A stretch of DNA of 64,000 nt from Patescibacteria group bacterium (GTDB taxonomy: Bacteria > Patescibacteriota > Patescibacteriia > SG8-24), in assembly GCA_041667185.1 (NCBI GenBank), contig JBAYFM010000008.1, forward strand, positions 1,714-65,713. Reading direction: 5' to 3'. The notes beneath the pieces are model-generated. The model was not told the DNA's origin and made no database searches. It saw only the letters and a program-made list of their open reading frames with translations. Positions 35,106 to 44,850 of the stretch are shown piece by piece (position 1 is the first letter of the stretch; each line of letters begins with the position of its first letter). A program made the position numbers and the translations under genes.

Positions 35106-36521
35106 TTAATAAGCTCCTTTTCGGCTCAGTACCGCGAGCGGCGTCTTGATCAGGATCGCCAGATCGAGCCAGGGCGACCAGTTCTCGATGTAGTAGGTGT
35201 CGAGCCGGACCTCCTCGTCGAAATTCAGGTCCGCGCGGCCCGAGATCTGCGCGAGGCCGGTGATGCCGGGCTTCACGGTGAAGACGCGGCGATGATGATC
35301 CTTGTATTTCGCGACCTCTTCGGGCAGGTGCGGGCGCGGGCCGACGAGGCTCATCTTGCCGGTGAAGACGAGGAAGAGTTCCGGCAGTTCGTCGATGGAA
35401 TATTTCCTGATGAACGTGCCGACGCGGGTGACGCGCGGATCGTCTTTGATCTTCACGAGCGGCCCTTCCTTGCGCGTGTCGCGATCGGCCAGTTCGGTGT
35501 AGCGCAGGTTATGGGTGTTGGGCCGCATGGAGCGGAATTTGAAATAGCGGAACGGCCGGCCGTGTTCGCCGACGCGCGTCACGGGCGATCCGTCGTCGAG
35601 CCGGCTGAAGAAGACCGGGCCGCGCGAATCGATCGCTACGGCGAGTGCGGCGAGCAGCATGATCGGCGAGGTCAGGATGATGAGGAGGAGCGAACCGATG
35701 ACGTCGAAGATCCGTTTCAGGACGCGGCCCCAGCCGTCGAGGCGCGTGCCTTTGATCTCGACGATCGGCAGGCCGGCCACGGTCGAGAGTTCCATATTGT
35801 GGCTGTGGGTCGCGAGCAGGTCGGCCGAATACTTGAAGGCCAGTTGGCGCGATTCGCAGAAGCCGAGGATGCGGGACAGGTCCTCGCGGCTGAGATCGGG
35901 GTTCGTGACGATGACCTCGTCGAGCGCTCCGGTCGCGGCCAGGCCGGCGAGTTCTTTTTCGGCCTCGTCATCGAAGCCGGCGATGGTCTTGATCATCTGG
36001 AAACCGAAGGCGGGATTTTTGGCGAAAGCCGCGGTCAGGGTCTTGGTGACGCGCTCGTCGCCGCCGATGACGATCACGCGGCGCACGCCGACGCCGAAGC
36101 GGACGAGCAGGCGTTGGAGCAGCCGGATCAGGACGCGGCCCAGGCTCAGGTAGATGAAAGCGACGATCCAGGCCGCGAGGATGATGAAGCGGGAGGAGAA
36201 GAGTTCGCGGCGGAAGAAGACGATCACGATGAAGGTCAGGATCGATGCCGAGCTGGCGAAAAAGATGCGCGAAATCTCCATTGTGAGGCGGCGCGGGCCG
36301 CGGACGGCGTAGAGTCCGGAGAGTGCCATGAACATCACGAACAGGAGGCCGGCGCCGGCGGCGAGGAGCAGGAAACGGTTCCAGGGCAGGTCGAAAGCGA
36401 CCGGACGAAGAGCGGCCAGCCAGCCGAAGCGGACGGAGTAGGCGGTGATGGCCGCGAGGAAGACCAATAGGAAATCCAGGGGGACGAGGACGACCGTGAA
36501 AGCGAGTTCGCTCTTTTTCAT
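35106..36521 (-). CDS. polyprenyl-phosphate sugar phosphotransferase (bacterial sugar transferase, WbaP/CpsE-like)
   Basis: Multi-TM N-terminus. C-terminal PF02397-type motifs: [54 protein letters not shown]. Confidence 0.85.
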   Translation of the reverse strand: MKKSELAFTVVLVPLDFLLVFLAAITAYSVRFGWLAALRPVAFDLPWNRFLLLAAGAGLLFVMFMALSGLYAVRGPRRLTMEISRIFFASSASILTFIVIVFFRRELFSSRFIILAAWIVAFIYLSLGRVLIRLLQRLLVRFGVGVRRVIVIGGDERVTKTLTAAFAKNPAFGFQMIKTIAGFDDEAEKELAGLAATGALDEVIVTNPDLSREDLSRILGFCESRQLAFKYSADLLATHSHNMELSTVAGLPIVEIKGTRLDGWGRVLKRIFDVIGSLLLIILTSPIMLLAALAVAIDSRGPVFFSRLDDGSPVTRVGEHGRPFRYFKFRSMRPNTHNLRYTELADRDTRKEGPLVKIKDDPRVTRVGTFIRKYSIDELPELFLVFTGKMSLVGPRPHLPEEVAKYKDHHRRVFTVKPGITGLAQISGRADLNFDEEVRLDTYYIENWSPWLDLAILIKTPLAVLSRKGAY

Positions 36522-36678
36522 AGGCGTGGGAGTGTTTACCTATATTAGAGCGAATGGCGATTTGAGGCAATATGGCGGAAATAAGCCCGAAACGGCTGCC
36601 CAAAAAGACGCAAACGCCGCGTCCTCGTCTGGGGACTTCGCGGTCCGGCAGCCCCGTATTTTTAGGCGTTAAAGATCA

Positions 36679-36707
36679 TTGACAAAATAGCGTTTTTGCG
36701 CTAGGTT
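36679..36707 (+). promoter_or_regulatory. putative sigma70-type promoter of paralog A (duplicated at 37931-37959)
   Basis: TTGACA (36679-36684), 17-nt spacer, TAGGTT (36702-36707). The same TTGACAAAAT context is duplicated upstream of paralog B. Confidence 0.4.
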
Positions 36708-36795
36708 TTCAGCACAAGTGTTCTTTTTATGGCAGGCCTCAAGTATGCCTAATGACAGGCGTACAGGGGGTAAGCCAAAAACAAGGAGTCAGGTC

Positions 36796-37809
36796 ATGGT
36801 CCAGAAGAAGAGTGAGTTCGTCAGTGCCGCCGGCACCACCTTTGAGATCATCCAGAAGCTCTCCGGAGCCGTCCGCGACCTCGGCGGGTCGGATGATCAC
36901 CTCCGTCGGATCCTCTCCGACGAGGAGCTTCGTCGCGAGATCGCCAAGCTGCTCGTTGCGGGTACTTGTCGCAAAACCCTTGGTGACATGCTCAAGGCCT
37001 GCGGCAATGACTGGGCGAACTCCGCCATTACCGAGGAACATTTCCCGGTGAAGCCCGAACTCTTCACTGTGGCCGGCACCAAGGTCTTTCACTTCAACCG
37101 AATCATGACCACGAAGGAGGTCGAGGCGGCCATCAGGGCCAAGGGGTACGAGCCAGCCTCGATCGAGACTCTCCTCGCCTACGGCGTGGAGAATCCCAGA
37201 GAGCAGCGGAAGCACCCCATCGTCGCCCTCGGCTCCTCCTGGGTGCATCCCGGCGGCAGCCGTGAGGTCCCTTGTCTGTGCGAGTACGACCGCAAGCGGC
37301 AACTTCGCCTGTGGTATGCCAACCCCAAGAACTATTGGTGCGAGGACTACTGTTTCCTCGCCTCCCGCAAGTCCAGCATGTTGTTCGTCGCGGACCCCCA
37401 GCTCAATGTCTTCGATCAGATGATCGAAGACTGCAAGTTTGTTGATGTCGACCACGACATCAACGAGCAGAACTTTCCACTCGCCGGCCCGGTCGTAGAC
37501 GTGTCAGACATGCTGCTGGTCAGCCAGAAAGATTTTGGCAGCCAGGGCAAAACCTTCGCTCAGATTAAGACCTTTATCGACAGCGAGGGTTATCGTTGCG
37601 CGACTCTAGCCGAGCTGATTGACTACGCTAAGGCGAAGTGGGACGACAAGGATGCAGTCATCGCTCTCGGCTCCTTCTGGGTGGATCAGCATGGTCATCG
37701 TGTCGTACCGCGGCTGTATAGGGGTGTTCATGGTCCCGGGCTAGATCTGCTGGATCGTCTTGATGACTTGTCGGGTATTTCATACTCGTTCCTCGTCGTC
37801 CGCAAGTAA
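36796..37809 (+). CDS. hypothetical protein, paralog A (337 aa; two copies of an unknown ~90-aa domain)
   Basis: MVQKKSEFVSAAGTTFEIIQKLSGAVRDLGGSDDHLRRILSDEELRREIA N-terminus, about 85% identical to paralog B. Internal repeats (...GYEPASIETLLAYG...VALGSSWVHPGGSREVP / ...GYRCATLAELIDYAKAKW...IALGSFWVDQHGHRVVP). Ends FLVVRK. SD AAGGAG 8 nt upstream. Confidence 0.6.
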   Translation: MVQKKSEFVSAAGTTFEIIQKLSGAVRDLGGSDDHLRRILSDEELRREIAKLLVAGTCRKTLGDMLKACGNDWANSAITEEHFPVKPELFTVAGTKVFHFNRIMTTKEVEAAIRAKGYEPASIETLLAYGVENPREQRKHPIVALGSSWVHPGGSREVPCLCEYDRKRQLRLWYANPKNYWCEDYCFLASRKSSMLFVADPQLNVFDQMIEDCKFVDVDHDINEQNFPLAGPVVDVSDMLLVSQKDFGSQGKTFAQIKTFIDSEGYRCATLAELIDYAKAKWDDKDAVIALGSFWVDQHGHRVVPRLYRGVHGPGLDLLDRLDDLSGISYSFLVVRK

Positions 37810-38047
37810 CTCTCGAATCCTTTCGGCCCATACCACGTCGTGGTGCGGGCCGATTTTTTTATACTGATGTTTGCGGCTAAGACGACAACCGGCGGCTACG
37901 GCTGCGGACAGTAGAGTCTGGAAAAGATCATTGACAAAATCGCCTATTTATGCGATTGTTTCGGCACAAGTGTTCTTTTCATGACAGTCCCTAGGTTCGT
38001 CTGATGTCAGACGTATAAGGGGTAAACCATAAACAAGGAGTCAGGTC

Positions 38048-38611
38048 ATGGTCCAGAAGAAGAGCGAGTCCGTCTTTGCCGTCGGCACCACCTTTGAGAT
38101 CATCGTGAAGCTCTCCGGAGCCGTCCGCGACCTCGGCGGGTCGGATGATCACCTCCGCCGGATCCTCTCCGATGAGAAGCTCCGTCGCGAGATCGCTGGG
38201 CTGCTGGTCGGTAAGTCCCTCGCCGAGATGATCGCCAAGTGCAAGTTCAGCTACGTTAACCCCGTCATCGACGAGCAGAACCTTCTGCTCGCCGGACCGG
38301 TCGCGGATATATCGGACATGCTGGTTGTCAGCCAGAAGGATCTTGGCGGTCAGGATATGACCACTGCCGCAGTCGAGGCTGCCATTGACTGTATGGGTTA
38401 CCGTCCTGCGTCCCTCGTCGAACAGCTCGTCTATGCCAAGGCGAAGTGGAACGGTAAGGACCACGTGAACGCTTGGGTGGAATCGCATAACCAACGCTAC
38501 ATCTCGAGTCTGTCCGGGGATGGCGCCGGCGACCGCGAGTTGACCTTGTTCCGAATCGTATCTGGGTTCTGCTGGTTCGGTGACATTCGTTTTCTCGTCG
38601 TTCGCAAGTAA
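38048..38611 (+). CDS. hypothetical protein, paralog B (187 aa; one copy of the unknown domain)
   Basis: Same N-terminal 55 aa and C-terminal FLVVRK as paralog A. Conserved leader AAACAAGGAGTCAGGTCATG. Hairpin terminator follows. Confidence 0.6.
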   Translation: MVQKKSESVFAVGTTFEIIVKLSGAVRDLGGSDDHLRRILSDEKLRREIAGLLVGKSLAEMIAKCKFSYVNPVIDEQNLLLAGPVADISDMLVVSQKDLGGQDMTTAAVEAAIDCMGYRPASLVEQLVYAKAKWNGKDHVNAWVESHNQRYISSLSGDGAGDRELTLFRIVSGFCWFGDIRFLVVRK

Positions 38612-38783
38612 TCCAGAGCCTCTCGGCCCGCGTCATGTCATGGCGCGGGCTTTTTTGTTGCGATGTTGTTATGGCCGCATCTTTAGTTGGTCGGACTAGG
38701 ATGCGATCGGTATTTCAGAACAGGATTCGTCGCCAGCATATTTTTAAAGCCGAGAAATTGATTAAGCTTACGGGCCTGGGAGG

Positions 38784-38812
38784 TTGACAAAAAGGCTAAT
38801 TTGAGCTATTAT
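38784..38812 (+). promoter_or_regulatory. sigma70-type promoter of rnpB
   Basis: TTGACA (38784-38789), 17-nt spacer, TATTAT (38807-38812). TSS predicted about 7 nt downstream. Confidence 0.6.
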
Positions 38813-38818
38813 CCAGCG

Positions 38819-39371
38819 GTCAGGTCGACCGGATGATCGCCCCGCAGTACTGCGGGGAGGAAAGTCTGAACACCTCCCGCATTCATGCGGGAAAAGGGAC
38901 AATCGCTAACGGCGACCGGGAGCAAGCGTCGGAATTTCTTTTCAATAGCCAATTGGCGAAAGAAGTTTCGCGTCCAAGCCCAGGGAGAGTGCAACAGAAA
39001 ATACACCGCCTGCGCCCCGTGATGACGAGCGAAAGCGAGTCATTTTACGGGGCTAGAAGCGTCACCGGCGCAAGCTAGTGCCGACAAGGCAAGGTTGAAA
39101 TCGTGAGGTAAGAGCTCACGCGGGACTGCGGGGCGTGAGCCGTGAAAGCGGCTTTTACGCCCCCACGGACAAGAACCTTCGGGTTCCAATATCTGGCCGC
39201 GCGAGCGGCGCCGTGGAAAACCCTGTCCGGTGCAAGAGCAAGTTTGGTAGCTCGCAGGCCGCAGTCGCAAGGTTGCGGCCAAGGCCGCTGGCAACAGCGG
39301 TCGCAGAGAGATGATCATCGCCTCGCGGTCAAACGCGGGGTACAAAATTCGGCTTACAGGCCGGCCTGACA
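38819..39371 (+). ncRNA. rnpB: RNase P RNA (bacterial type A)
   Basis: GGAGGAAAGTC (P4 5' strand), GTTGAAATCGTGAGGTAAGAGCTCACGC (GGUAAGAGCGCACC-like P10-12 region), and ACAAAATTCGGCTTACAGG (P4 3' strand ACAGAAnnCGGCUUA). 5'/3' ends can pair as P1 (GTCAGG...CCTGAC). Confidence 0.8.
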
Positions 39372-39377
39372 AGAAAA

Positions 39378-39412
39378 ACCCTCAAGCAGAGATGCTTGAG
39401 GGTTTTTTATCA
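39378..39412 (+). terminator. rho-independent terminator after rnpB
   Basis: CCCTCAAGCAGAGATGCTTGAGGG followed by TTTTTT. Confidence 0.8.
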
Positions 39413-39432
39413 GATCAGAGATGAACAGCGGT

Positions 39433-41055
39433 TCAGCCGCGGAGTCCGGCAAAGCGCCGAAGGAGCGGATCGGGATCCCAGGCCTGACGGTTCAGGGCGG
39501 TCTCGATCATCTCCTCGCACTCCCAGCTTTCGCCTTTGGACCACAGGTCGCGCAGGAACCGGCTGGCGTCCGAAGACCTGAACCAGGTCTGGCCGTAGCG
39601 CAGTTCGAGATGCTCCCGGAGCTGGGCGGCCGCGAGTCGGGCCCGGAGGCGGTCAGCCGAGCCGAAGCCGCGGTCCAGATCCAGGAGATAGAGCTCTCCG
39701 TCATGGTTGAGGCCGGTCTGGGAGGACAACAGGTGATGATAGTTGAACTGATTGCGCCAGTTGTCGAGCGGACTCTTCTGCAGCTCCATCGCATAGGCGA
39801 ATTGGCCGATGTGACGGCGCAGCTGATAGAGGTCCGCCAGTTTCCGACGGCCCGCCACTTCGGCCGCCGCGGCCGCGTCCAGTCCCAGCACCGCCGCGAG
39901 CCACTCTTCATTCTGGAGCAGAGACTCCAGCAGGAAGGCGCAGGTCTCGGCGAGAGCGCGGGAGCGTCCGAGGTTGCGGAATTCGAAGGGCAGCCGCGGA
40001 TCCATGGAAGCGCTGAACCAGGCCTGTCCCGCCTCGTGGAGGAGGGCGGCATAGTCTGCCGCTCCGCCGCGAGGTTTCAGGAACAGGCGGATCTCGGCTG
40101 GCGCGTTGCACGCCACGCAGAGGATGCCGTCATCGCTGGCCGGACCAGTCTCGAGTTCCAGCTTGATGTCGGATCCGTCGAGATCCAGGCCGAGGCCGCG
40201 GAAGGTCTCCCGCGCGGCCGCGAGCAGCCGTCGCGCCGGGAAGATCCTGTCGAACTCCCGGTTCGCGAGCAGATAGGACTCGTGAGCCCGCGACAGTCCC
40301 GGGAATTTCCGTCCCGAGCGCTGCCGCCGGACGAGCCGGCTCATGCCTTCGTCGTAGACGTCCTGGGTCTTTTCGGACACGGTTTTCGCGATCGCGAGCA
40401 GATCGTCGTAGCTGACGCGCTTGCGTCCGCTATAGAACTGCAGCTCGGTCGCGAAACCATGGCGGGCGAGCGTCCGGTGGAAACGGTTGTTCCGGTCGAC
40501 GAGCAGCGGGTTAAGCTTTTCTTCGACGCAACGGACGTAAGCCGACCAGAGCTGTTCGCGCTTGTCGGCGCTGCGTTCCTGGCTCAGCCGGCGCTGGAGA
40601 TCGGGGAGCGGCGTTTTCGCGCCGTTCACGTTGATCATCGCGCCGCGGATGGCCGTGGCGGCCGCGTCGTCGCAGGGAGCCAGATGTCGGCCGATGAGTC
40701 CCTCGAGCAGGAACCAGGCCAGCCGGTCGAAGCGCTCCGGAAATTTCTTGGCCGGCATGCGGCTGAACGACTCGGAAGCTTCCCGCGTCTGTCTGATGTT
40801 GCGCGGGGCGAACAGGTTCGCGTACGCCTGAAAGATGGCAACGGTCTGCTGTTCAGTTTTCCGTCCGGAGCCGATGGCCAGGTTCTCGAGACCGAGGTCA
40901 TAGAGATAGTTGGCGCAGTCTTCCAGGGTCTTCTCGTGTTGCGACGGTTCGTGCGGCTGGAAAGCCAGGCTGCCGCGTTTGGCGGGTTTGCTCTTGGAAT
41001 TGCGTCCGGCGGCGTTTTGCCGGCGGCTCGCGTAGTACTTGCCGAAACTGATCAT
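39433..41055 (-). CDS. M3 (oligoendopeptidase F)-like protein with degenerate zinc motif (hypothetical)
   Basis: Overall length and composition resemble PepF-type M3B peptidases, but the expected HExxH reads LHEAGQAWF (second His replaced by Gln). The antisense + ORF 39421-41079 is rejected on composition. Confidence 0.4.
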   Translation of the reverse strand: MISFGKYYASRRQNAAGRNSKSKPAKRGSLAFQPHEPSQHEKTLEDCANYLYDLGLENLAIGSGRKTEQQTVAIFQAYANLFAPRNIRQTREASESFSRMPAKKFPERFDRLAWFLLEGLIGRHLAPCDDAAATAIRGAMINVNGAKTPLPDLQRRLSQERSADKREQLWSAYVRCVEEKLNPLLVDRNNRFHRTLARHGFATELQFYSGRKRVSYDDLLAIAKTVSEKTQDVYDEGMSRLVRRQRSGRKFPGLSRAHESYLLANREFDRIFPARRLLAAARETFRGLGLDLDGSDIKLELETGPASDDGILCVACNAPAEIRLFLKPRGGAADYAALLHEAGQAWFSASMDPRLPFEFRNLGRSRALAETCAFLLESLLQNEEWLAAVLGLDAAAAAEVAGRRKLADLYQLRRHIGQFAYAMELQKSPLDNWRNQFNYHHLLSSQTGLNHDGELYLLDLDRGFGSADRLRARLAAAQLREHLELRYGQTWFRSSDASRFLRDLWSKGESWECEEMIETALNRQAWDPDPLLRRFAGLRG

Positions 41056-41179
41056 GAAACCCTCCCGGGTTGGTGGTGATCGCGCTGTTCATTGGATTGT
41101 AAAGATCAACCGGCCATTATAGACCGGTTGATCCCAAATGTCAATCCGCTGTCGGGCGCGATCGGCGCTGTCGCAACCC

Positions 41180-42253
41180 TTACCGGATCCCGATCCGCTC
41201 CCTCACTTCGGTCATGGTTTTTTTGGCCACGCTGCGCGCTTCTTTGGCTCCCGCCTCCAAGATCTCCCAGACCTTTTTGGGTTTGGTCACCAGCTTTTTG
41301 CGCCGTTCCCGGAAGTCGGCGAAATGTTCGGCGATGCGCGTCGCGACCAGGCGTTTCAGTTCCGCGTATTTGATCGGCTGGGCGGCCAGGATGCGGTCGG
41401 CTTCCTCGGCGGAACCGAAGGTCCGGAGCAAGGTGAGCAGGTTCCAGACGCCGGCCACGCCGCGGAGCGCCGGGTCGTCCTCGTGCGCTTCGGCGTGCAG
41501 CGTCATCTTGTGTTCGAGTTCCTCTTCGGAGAGCGAGAGGATGCCGGTGGATTCGGTCACCGCGGATTTGATCTTGTCGTAGATGACGTCCGGTTCGTCG
41601 GTGAGCGCGATGAGCGAGCGGTCGCCGAGGCTCTTCGACATCTTCTTGAGCGGGTTGGTGAGGCTCCGCAGTTTCGGCGTTTCGGTGTAGAGCGGCTTGG
41701 CCTCGGGGAAGACGTTGCCGAATTTGTTGTTGAAGAAATGGGCGATGTCGCGGGTCAGTTCGACATGCTGGGTCTGGTCGCGGCCGACCGGCACGAACCC
41801 GCCTTTGTAGATGAGGATGTCCGCGCTCATCAGCACCGGATAATCGAACAGTCCCATGTTGATGTTCTCCTGCTGGCGGCCGGACTTGTCCTTGAATTGG
41901 GTCATGCGCTCCAGGAACGAGACCGGCGTCACGGTGTTGAATATCCAGCCGAGCTCGGTGTGTTCCGGCACGTCGGATTGCACGAATAGGGTGCATTTTT
42001 CCGGGTCGAGTCCCAGGGCCAGCAGGTCGGCGGCCAGGTCGAAGACCTGCTGCCGTTTGGCGGCGGGATTATAGTCCTCGGTGATGGAGTGGTAATCGGC
42101 GATGAAGAAGAAGCAGCGGTAGGCCGGGTCGTCCTGCAGCTTGAGCCAGTTGCGGTAGGAGCCGGCGTAATTGCCGATGTGCGATCGGCCGCTCGGCTGG
42201 ACGCCGGAGACGACGATCTTGGGTTGTTTTTTGGGTTCAGCGGTCTTGGTCAT
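41180..42253 (-). CDS. trpS: tryptophanyl-tRNA synthetase
   Basis: GVQPSGRSHIGNYAG (HIGH-like) and KMSKSLGD (KMSKS), class Ic fold. Length 357 aa. Confidence 0.85.
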   Translation of the reverse strand: MTKTAEPKKQPKIVVSGVQPSGRSHIGNYAGSYRNWLKLQDDPAYRCFFFIADYHSITEDYNPAAKRQQVFDLAADLLALGLDPEKCTLFVQSDVPEHTELGWIFNTVTPVSFLERMTQFKDKSGRQQENINMGLFDYPVLMSADILIYKGGFVPVGRDQTQHVELTRDIAHFFNNKFGNVFPEAKPLYTETPKLRSLTNPLKKMSKSLGDRSLIALTDEPDVIYDKIKSAVTESTGILSLSEEELEHKMTLHAEAHEDDPALRGVAGVWNLLTLLRTFGSAEEADRILAAQPIKYAELKRLVATRIAEHFADFRERRKKLVTKPKKVWEILEAGAKEARSVAKKTMTEVRERIGIR

Positions 42254-42284
42254 ATGATATCCAGTATAGATTATGAGACGGTAA

Positions 42285-42430
42285 AAGTGTAGGAGAGTGC
42301 AGGAGTGGGGGAGTGAGGGAGAGACGGAGTCAGGAAGTGGTGGAGAGACGGAGTGGCGGAGTCAGAGAATTACGAAAAAGCGGGGATTGATGTCCCCGCT
42401 TTTTACTTCTTGATGACTCCGTCTCTTCGT
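42285..42430. repeat. GGGAG-rich inverted-repeat element flanking a bidirectional terminator (instance d)
   Basis: Left arm GGAGAGTGCAGGAGTGGGGGAGTGAGGGAGAGACGGAGTCAGGAAGTGGTGGAGAGACGGAGTGGCGGAGTCAG. Centre AAAAAGCGGGGATTGATGTCCCCGCTTTTT (terminator for rnj). Right arm TGACTCCGTCTCTTCGTCTCTCCCTGACTTC. Confidence 0.7.
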
Positions 42431-42443
42431 CTCTCCCTGACTT

Positions 42444-44306
42444 CTACACTTCGATGATGACCGGCAAAACCATCGGCCGGCGCTTGATGGCGTTGAAGAG
42501 GAATTGGCCGATGTCGTTGCGGATCTTGTTCTTGAGGTGTTCCTCGAAGGCCGGCGATTTCTTGTCGGTGTCGGTGAGGATCTTCTTGACGCGGCTGCGG
42601 GCCTTCTCGATCATCTCCTTGTTTTCGCGCATGTAGACGAAGCCGCGCGAGAGGATGTCGGGCGAACCGACGAGTGCGCCGGTCTTCTTATCGATGGTGG
42701 CGATGATGACGAAGATGCCGTCCTCGGCGAGCATGACGCGGTCGCGCAGCACCACCTGGGAGACGTCGCCGACGCCGAGGCCGTCGACCATGACGTAGTC
42801 GGTCATGACACGCTCCTCGGTCAGGCGTCCGCCGCGGGCGTCGAATTCCATGACCTGGCCGTTCTCGGCGACCATGATGCGGTCGCGCGTGATGCCGACC
42901 TCTTCGCCGACGCGGGCGTGTGCTTCGAGCATGAAGCGGTTGCCGTGGATCGGAACGAGATATTGCGGTTTGACCAGCCGCAGCATGAGCTTAAGATCTT
43001 CCTGTTTGGCGTGGCCGCCGGCGTGGACGTCGAGATTCTGGTAGTGGTAGACGGTCGCGCCGTGTTTGACGAGCGTATCCTTGAGCGTCTGGACGGTCCG
43101 CTCGTTGCCCGGCACGACCGAGGACGAGAAGACGAAGCCGTCGCCTGGTTTCACATAGAGGTAGCGGTGTTCGTTGTTGGCCATGCGCATGAGCACGGCG
43201 TTCTTTTCGCCCTGGGCGCCGGTGCAGAGGATGACGATCTTTTCGTCAGGGAGCTTGCCCGCCGCGCCCTCCTCGATGATGGTGCCGGGCTTGATCTGCA
43301 TGTAGCCGAGCTGGTGGGCGATCTCGATGTTGTTGTTCATGCTCCGCCCCTCGATCAGCAGCTTGCGGCCGTATTTTTCGGCGAGCGTGATGATCTGCTG
43401 GGCGCGCGTCAGGAGCGACGAGAAAGTGCCGATGATGATGCGGCCTTTGGCGCTCTGGAAGATGCGTTCGAGCTCGACTGAAACCTGGCGCTCGGAGATC
43501 TGGTGGCCGGGGCTGTCGGCGTTCGTGGAATCGGACATGATGGCAAGCACGCCCTTCGCGCCGAAGGAAGCGATGTGCGCCAGATCAGCCGGCTCATCGT
43601 TCACCGGGGTGAAATCGAATTTGAAATCGCCGGTGTAGAGGATGGTGCCGTACGGCGTGTGGATCGCCGCGCCGAAAGCGTCGGAGATGTTGTGATTGAC
43701 ATGGAACGGCTCGAAGACGAAGTGCCGGCCGAGCGCGATCTTCATATTGTCCTTCACGAGCTGGATCTTGAGCGACTTGGCGTTGCCGAATTCTTCCTGG
43801 CGCTTGCGGATGATGCCGGCCGTGAGCGGAGCGGTGTAGATGACCGGATTGCCGAGGCGGCTGATCGTGAGCGGGATGCCGCCGATGTGGTCCATGTGTC
43901 CGTGGGTCACGATGACGCCGCGGATATTCTGTTCGCGCCCCTTGAGCGAAGAGATGTTGGGGATGATGTAGTCGATGCCTGGCATGCCCTCTTCGGGGAA
44001 CATCATGCCGATATCAATGATGATGATGTCGGCGCCGCATTCGAGCACAGTGCAGTTGCGGCCGATCTCTTCGAGACCGCCCAAAGCGTAGACCTTGAGC
44101 TTGGGAGCCAGGATCTTGGGTTGCGGCTGTCCGGGTTTGCCGTTCATGACGGGCCGGAACTGGGCCTGGACCGGATTGAGCGGCAGCGGTGGAGCCGGAA
44201 GTTTGATCTGCGGCCGACGGATGGAACCCTGCGCGAGCGGGGACGGTCCGTGGCGATGCCCCGGGCGCTGATGTTGCGGCCGGCGCGGCCTGTTATCTGT
44301 TACCAT
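42444..44306 (-). CDS. rnj: ribonuclease J (metallo-beta-lactamase / beta-CASP RNase)
   Basis: VTHGHMDHIGG motif and beta-CASP region. About 70-aa Pro/Arg/Gln-rich N-terminal extension; an internal start (MNGKPGQ) is possible. Confidence 0.85.
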   Translation of the reverse strand: MVTDNRPRRPQHQRPGHRHGPSPLAQGSIRRPQIKLPAPPLPLNPVQAQFRPVMNGKPGQPQPKILAPKLKVYALGGLEEIGRNCTVLECGADIIIIDIGMMFPEEGMPGIDYIIPNISSLKGREQNIRGVIVTHGHMDHIGGIPLTISRLGNPVIYTAPLTAGIIRKRQEEFGNAKSLKIQLVKDNMKIALGRHFVFEPFHVNHNISDAFGAAIHTPYGTILYTGDFKFDFTPVNDEPADLAHIASFGAKGVLAIMSDSTNADSPGHQISERQVSVELERIFQSAKGRIIIGTFSSLLTRAQQIITLAEKYGRKLLIEGRSMNNNIEIAHQLGYMQIKPGTIIEEGAAGKLPDEKIVILCTGAQGEKNAVLMRMANNEHRYLYVKPGDGFVFSSSVVPGNERTVQTLKDTLVKHGATVYHYQNLDVHAGGHAKQEDLKLMLRLVKPQYLVPIHGNRFMLEAHARVGEEVGITRDRIMVAENGQVMEFDARGGRLTEERVMTDYVMVDGLGVGDVSQVVLRDRVMLAEDGIFVIIATIDKKTGALVGSPDILSRGFVYMRENKEMIEKARSRVKKILTDTDKKSPAFEEHLKNKIRNDIGQFLFNAIKRRPMVLPVIIEV

Positions 44307-44764
44307 AATTAAAATGTGTTCGCCGCGGAGAGCCGCAGCCGGAGCGAGAGCACTCCTGATCTATAAGAGTCCCGTTTGCACGGGTGAATATTGGGTTAAT
44401 GTGTTCCTCAACCATCTCTAACGGATACGACCGTTACCGCAGAGGAAAGTGGGAGATGCGGAGGGGATAGTTCGCTATCCGCTTTGCGCCGCTCATTTTC
44501 TTCTGTCCTTATCAGGCAACTGCCTCTATCATTATTATACCATAATGACAGATCCGGTTGTTTGCTGTCGTCCGATACCATCCCACCTAGCTCGAGCCGC
44601 GCTCGAGCGATGTGGGATGGTGCTGCGGGAGGGAGTCCCGCTCGCTTCGACTCGCGGTCCGGGGCGCTGCGCACTGGCGCTTCGCCGGCTCGCGCCTCTC
44701 GCGCCCTTCGACTCCTTATTTATACCAGATGACTGTCGCCGCCCTGTGGGCGGCACCAATCATC

Positions 44765-44850
44765 TGGTGCTGCGGGAGGGAGTCGAACCCTCATGACCTT
44801 GCGATCGCTAGCTCCTGAAGCTAGTGCGTCTGCCATTTCGCCACCGCAGC
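44765..44850 (-). tRNA. tRNA-Leu (anticodon CAG), type II with long variable arm
   Basis: Reverse complement GCUGCGG...CUAGC-UUCAGGA-GCUAG...GAGGG-UUCGACU-CCCUC-CCGCAGC-A-CCA. G37; 86 nt. Confidence 0.85.

Noticed and set aside
35097-36470. 457-aa + ORF opposite the sugar transferase
   Set aside because: Extremely acidic/Arg-rich junk composition. The minus-strand gene has PF02397 motifs.
39421-41079. 552-aa + strand ORF overlapping the M3-like gene
   Set aside because: Composition is R/A/G/E-dominated with almost no K/N/Y/W/F. The minus-strand ORF has normal protein composition.
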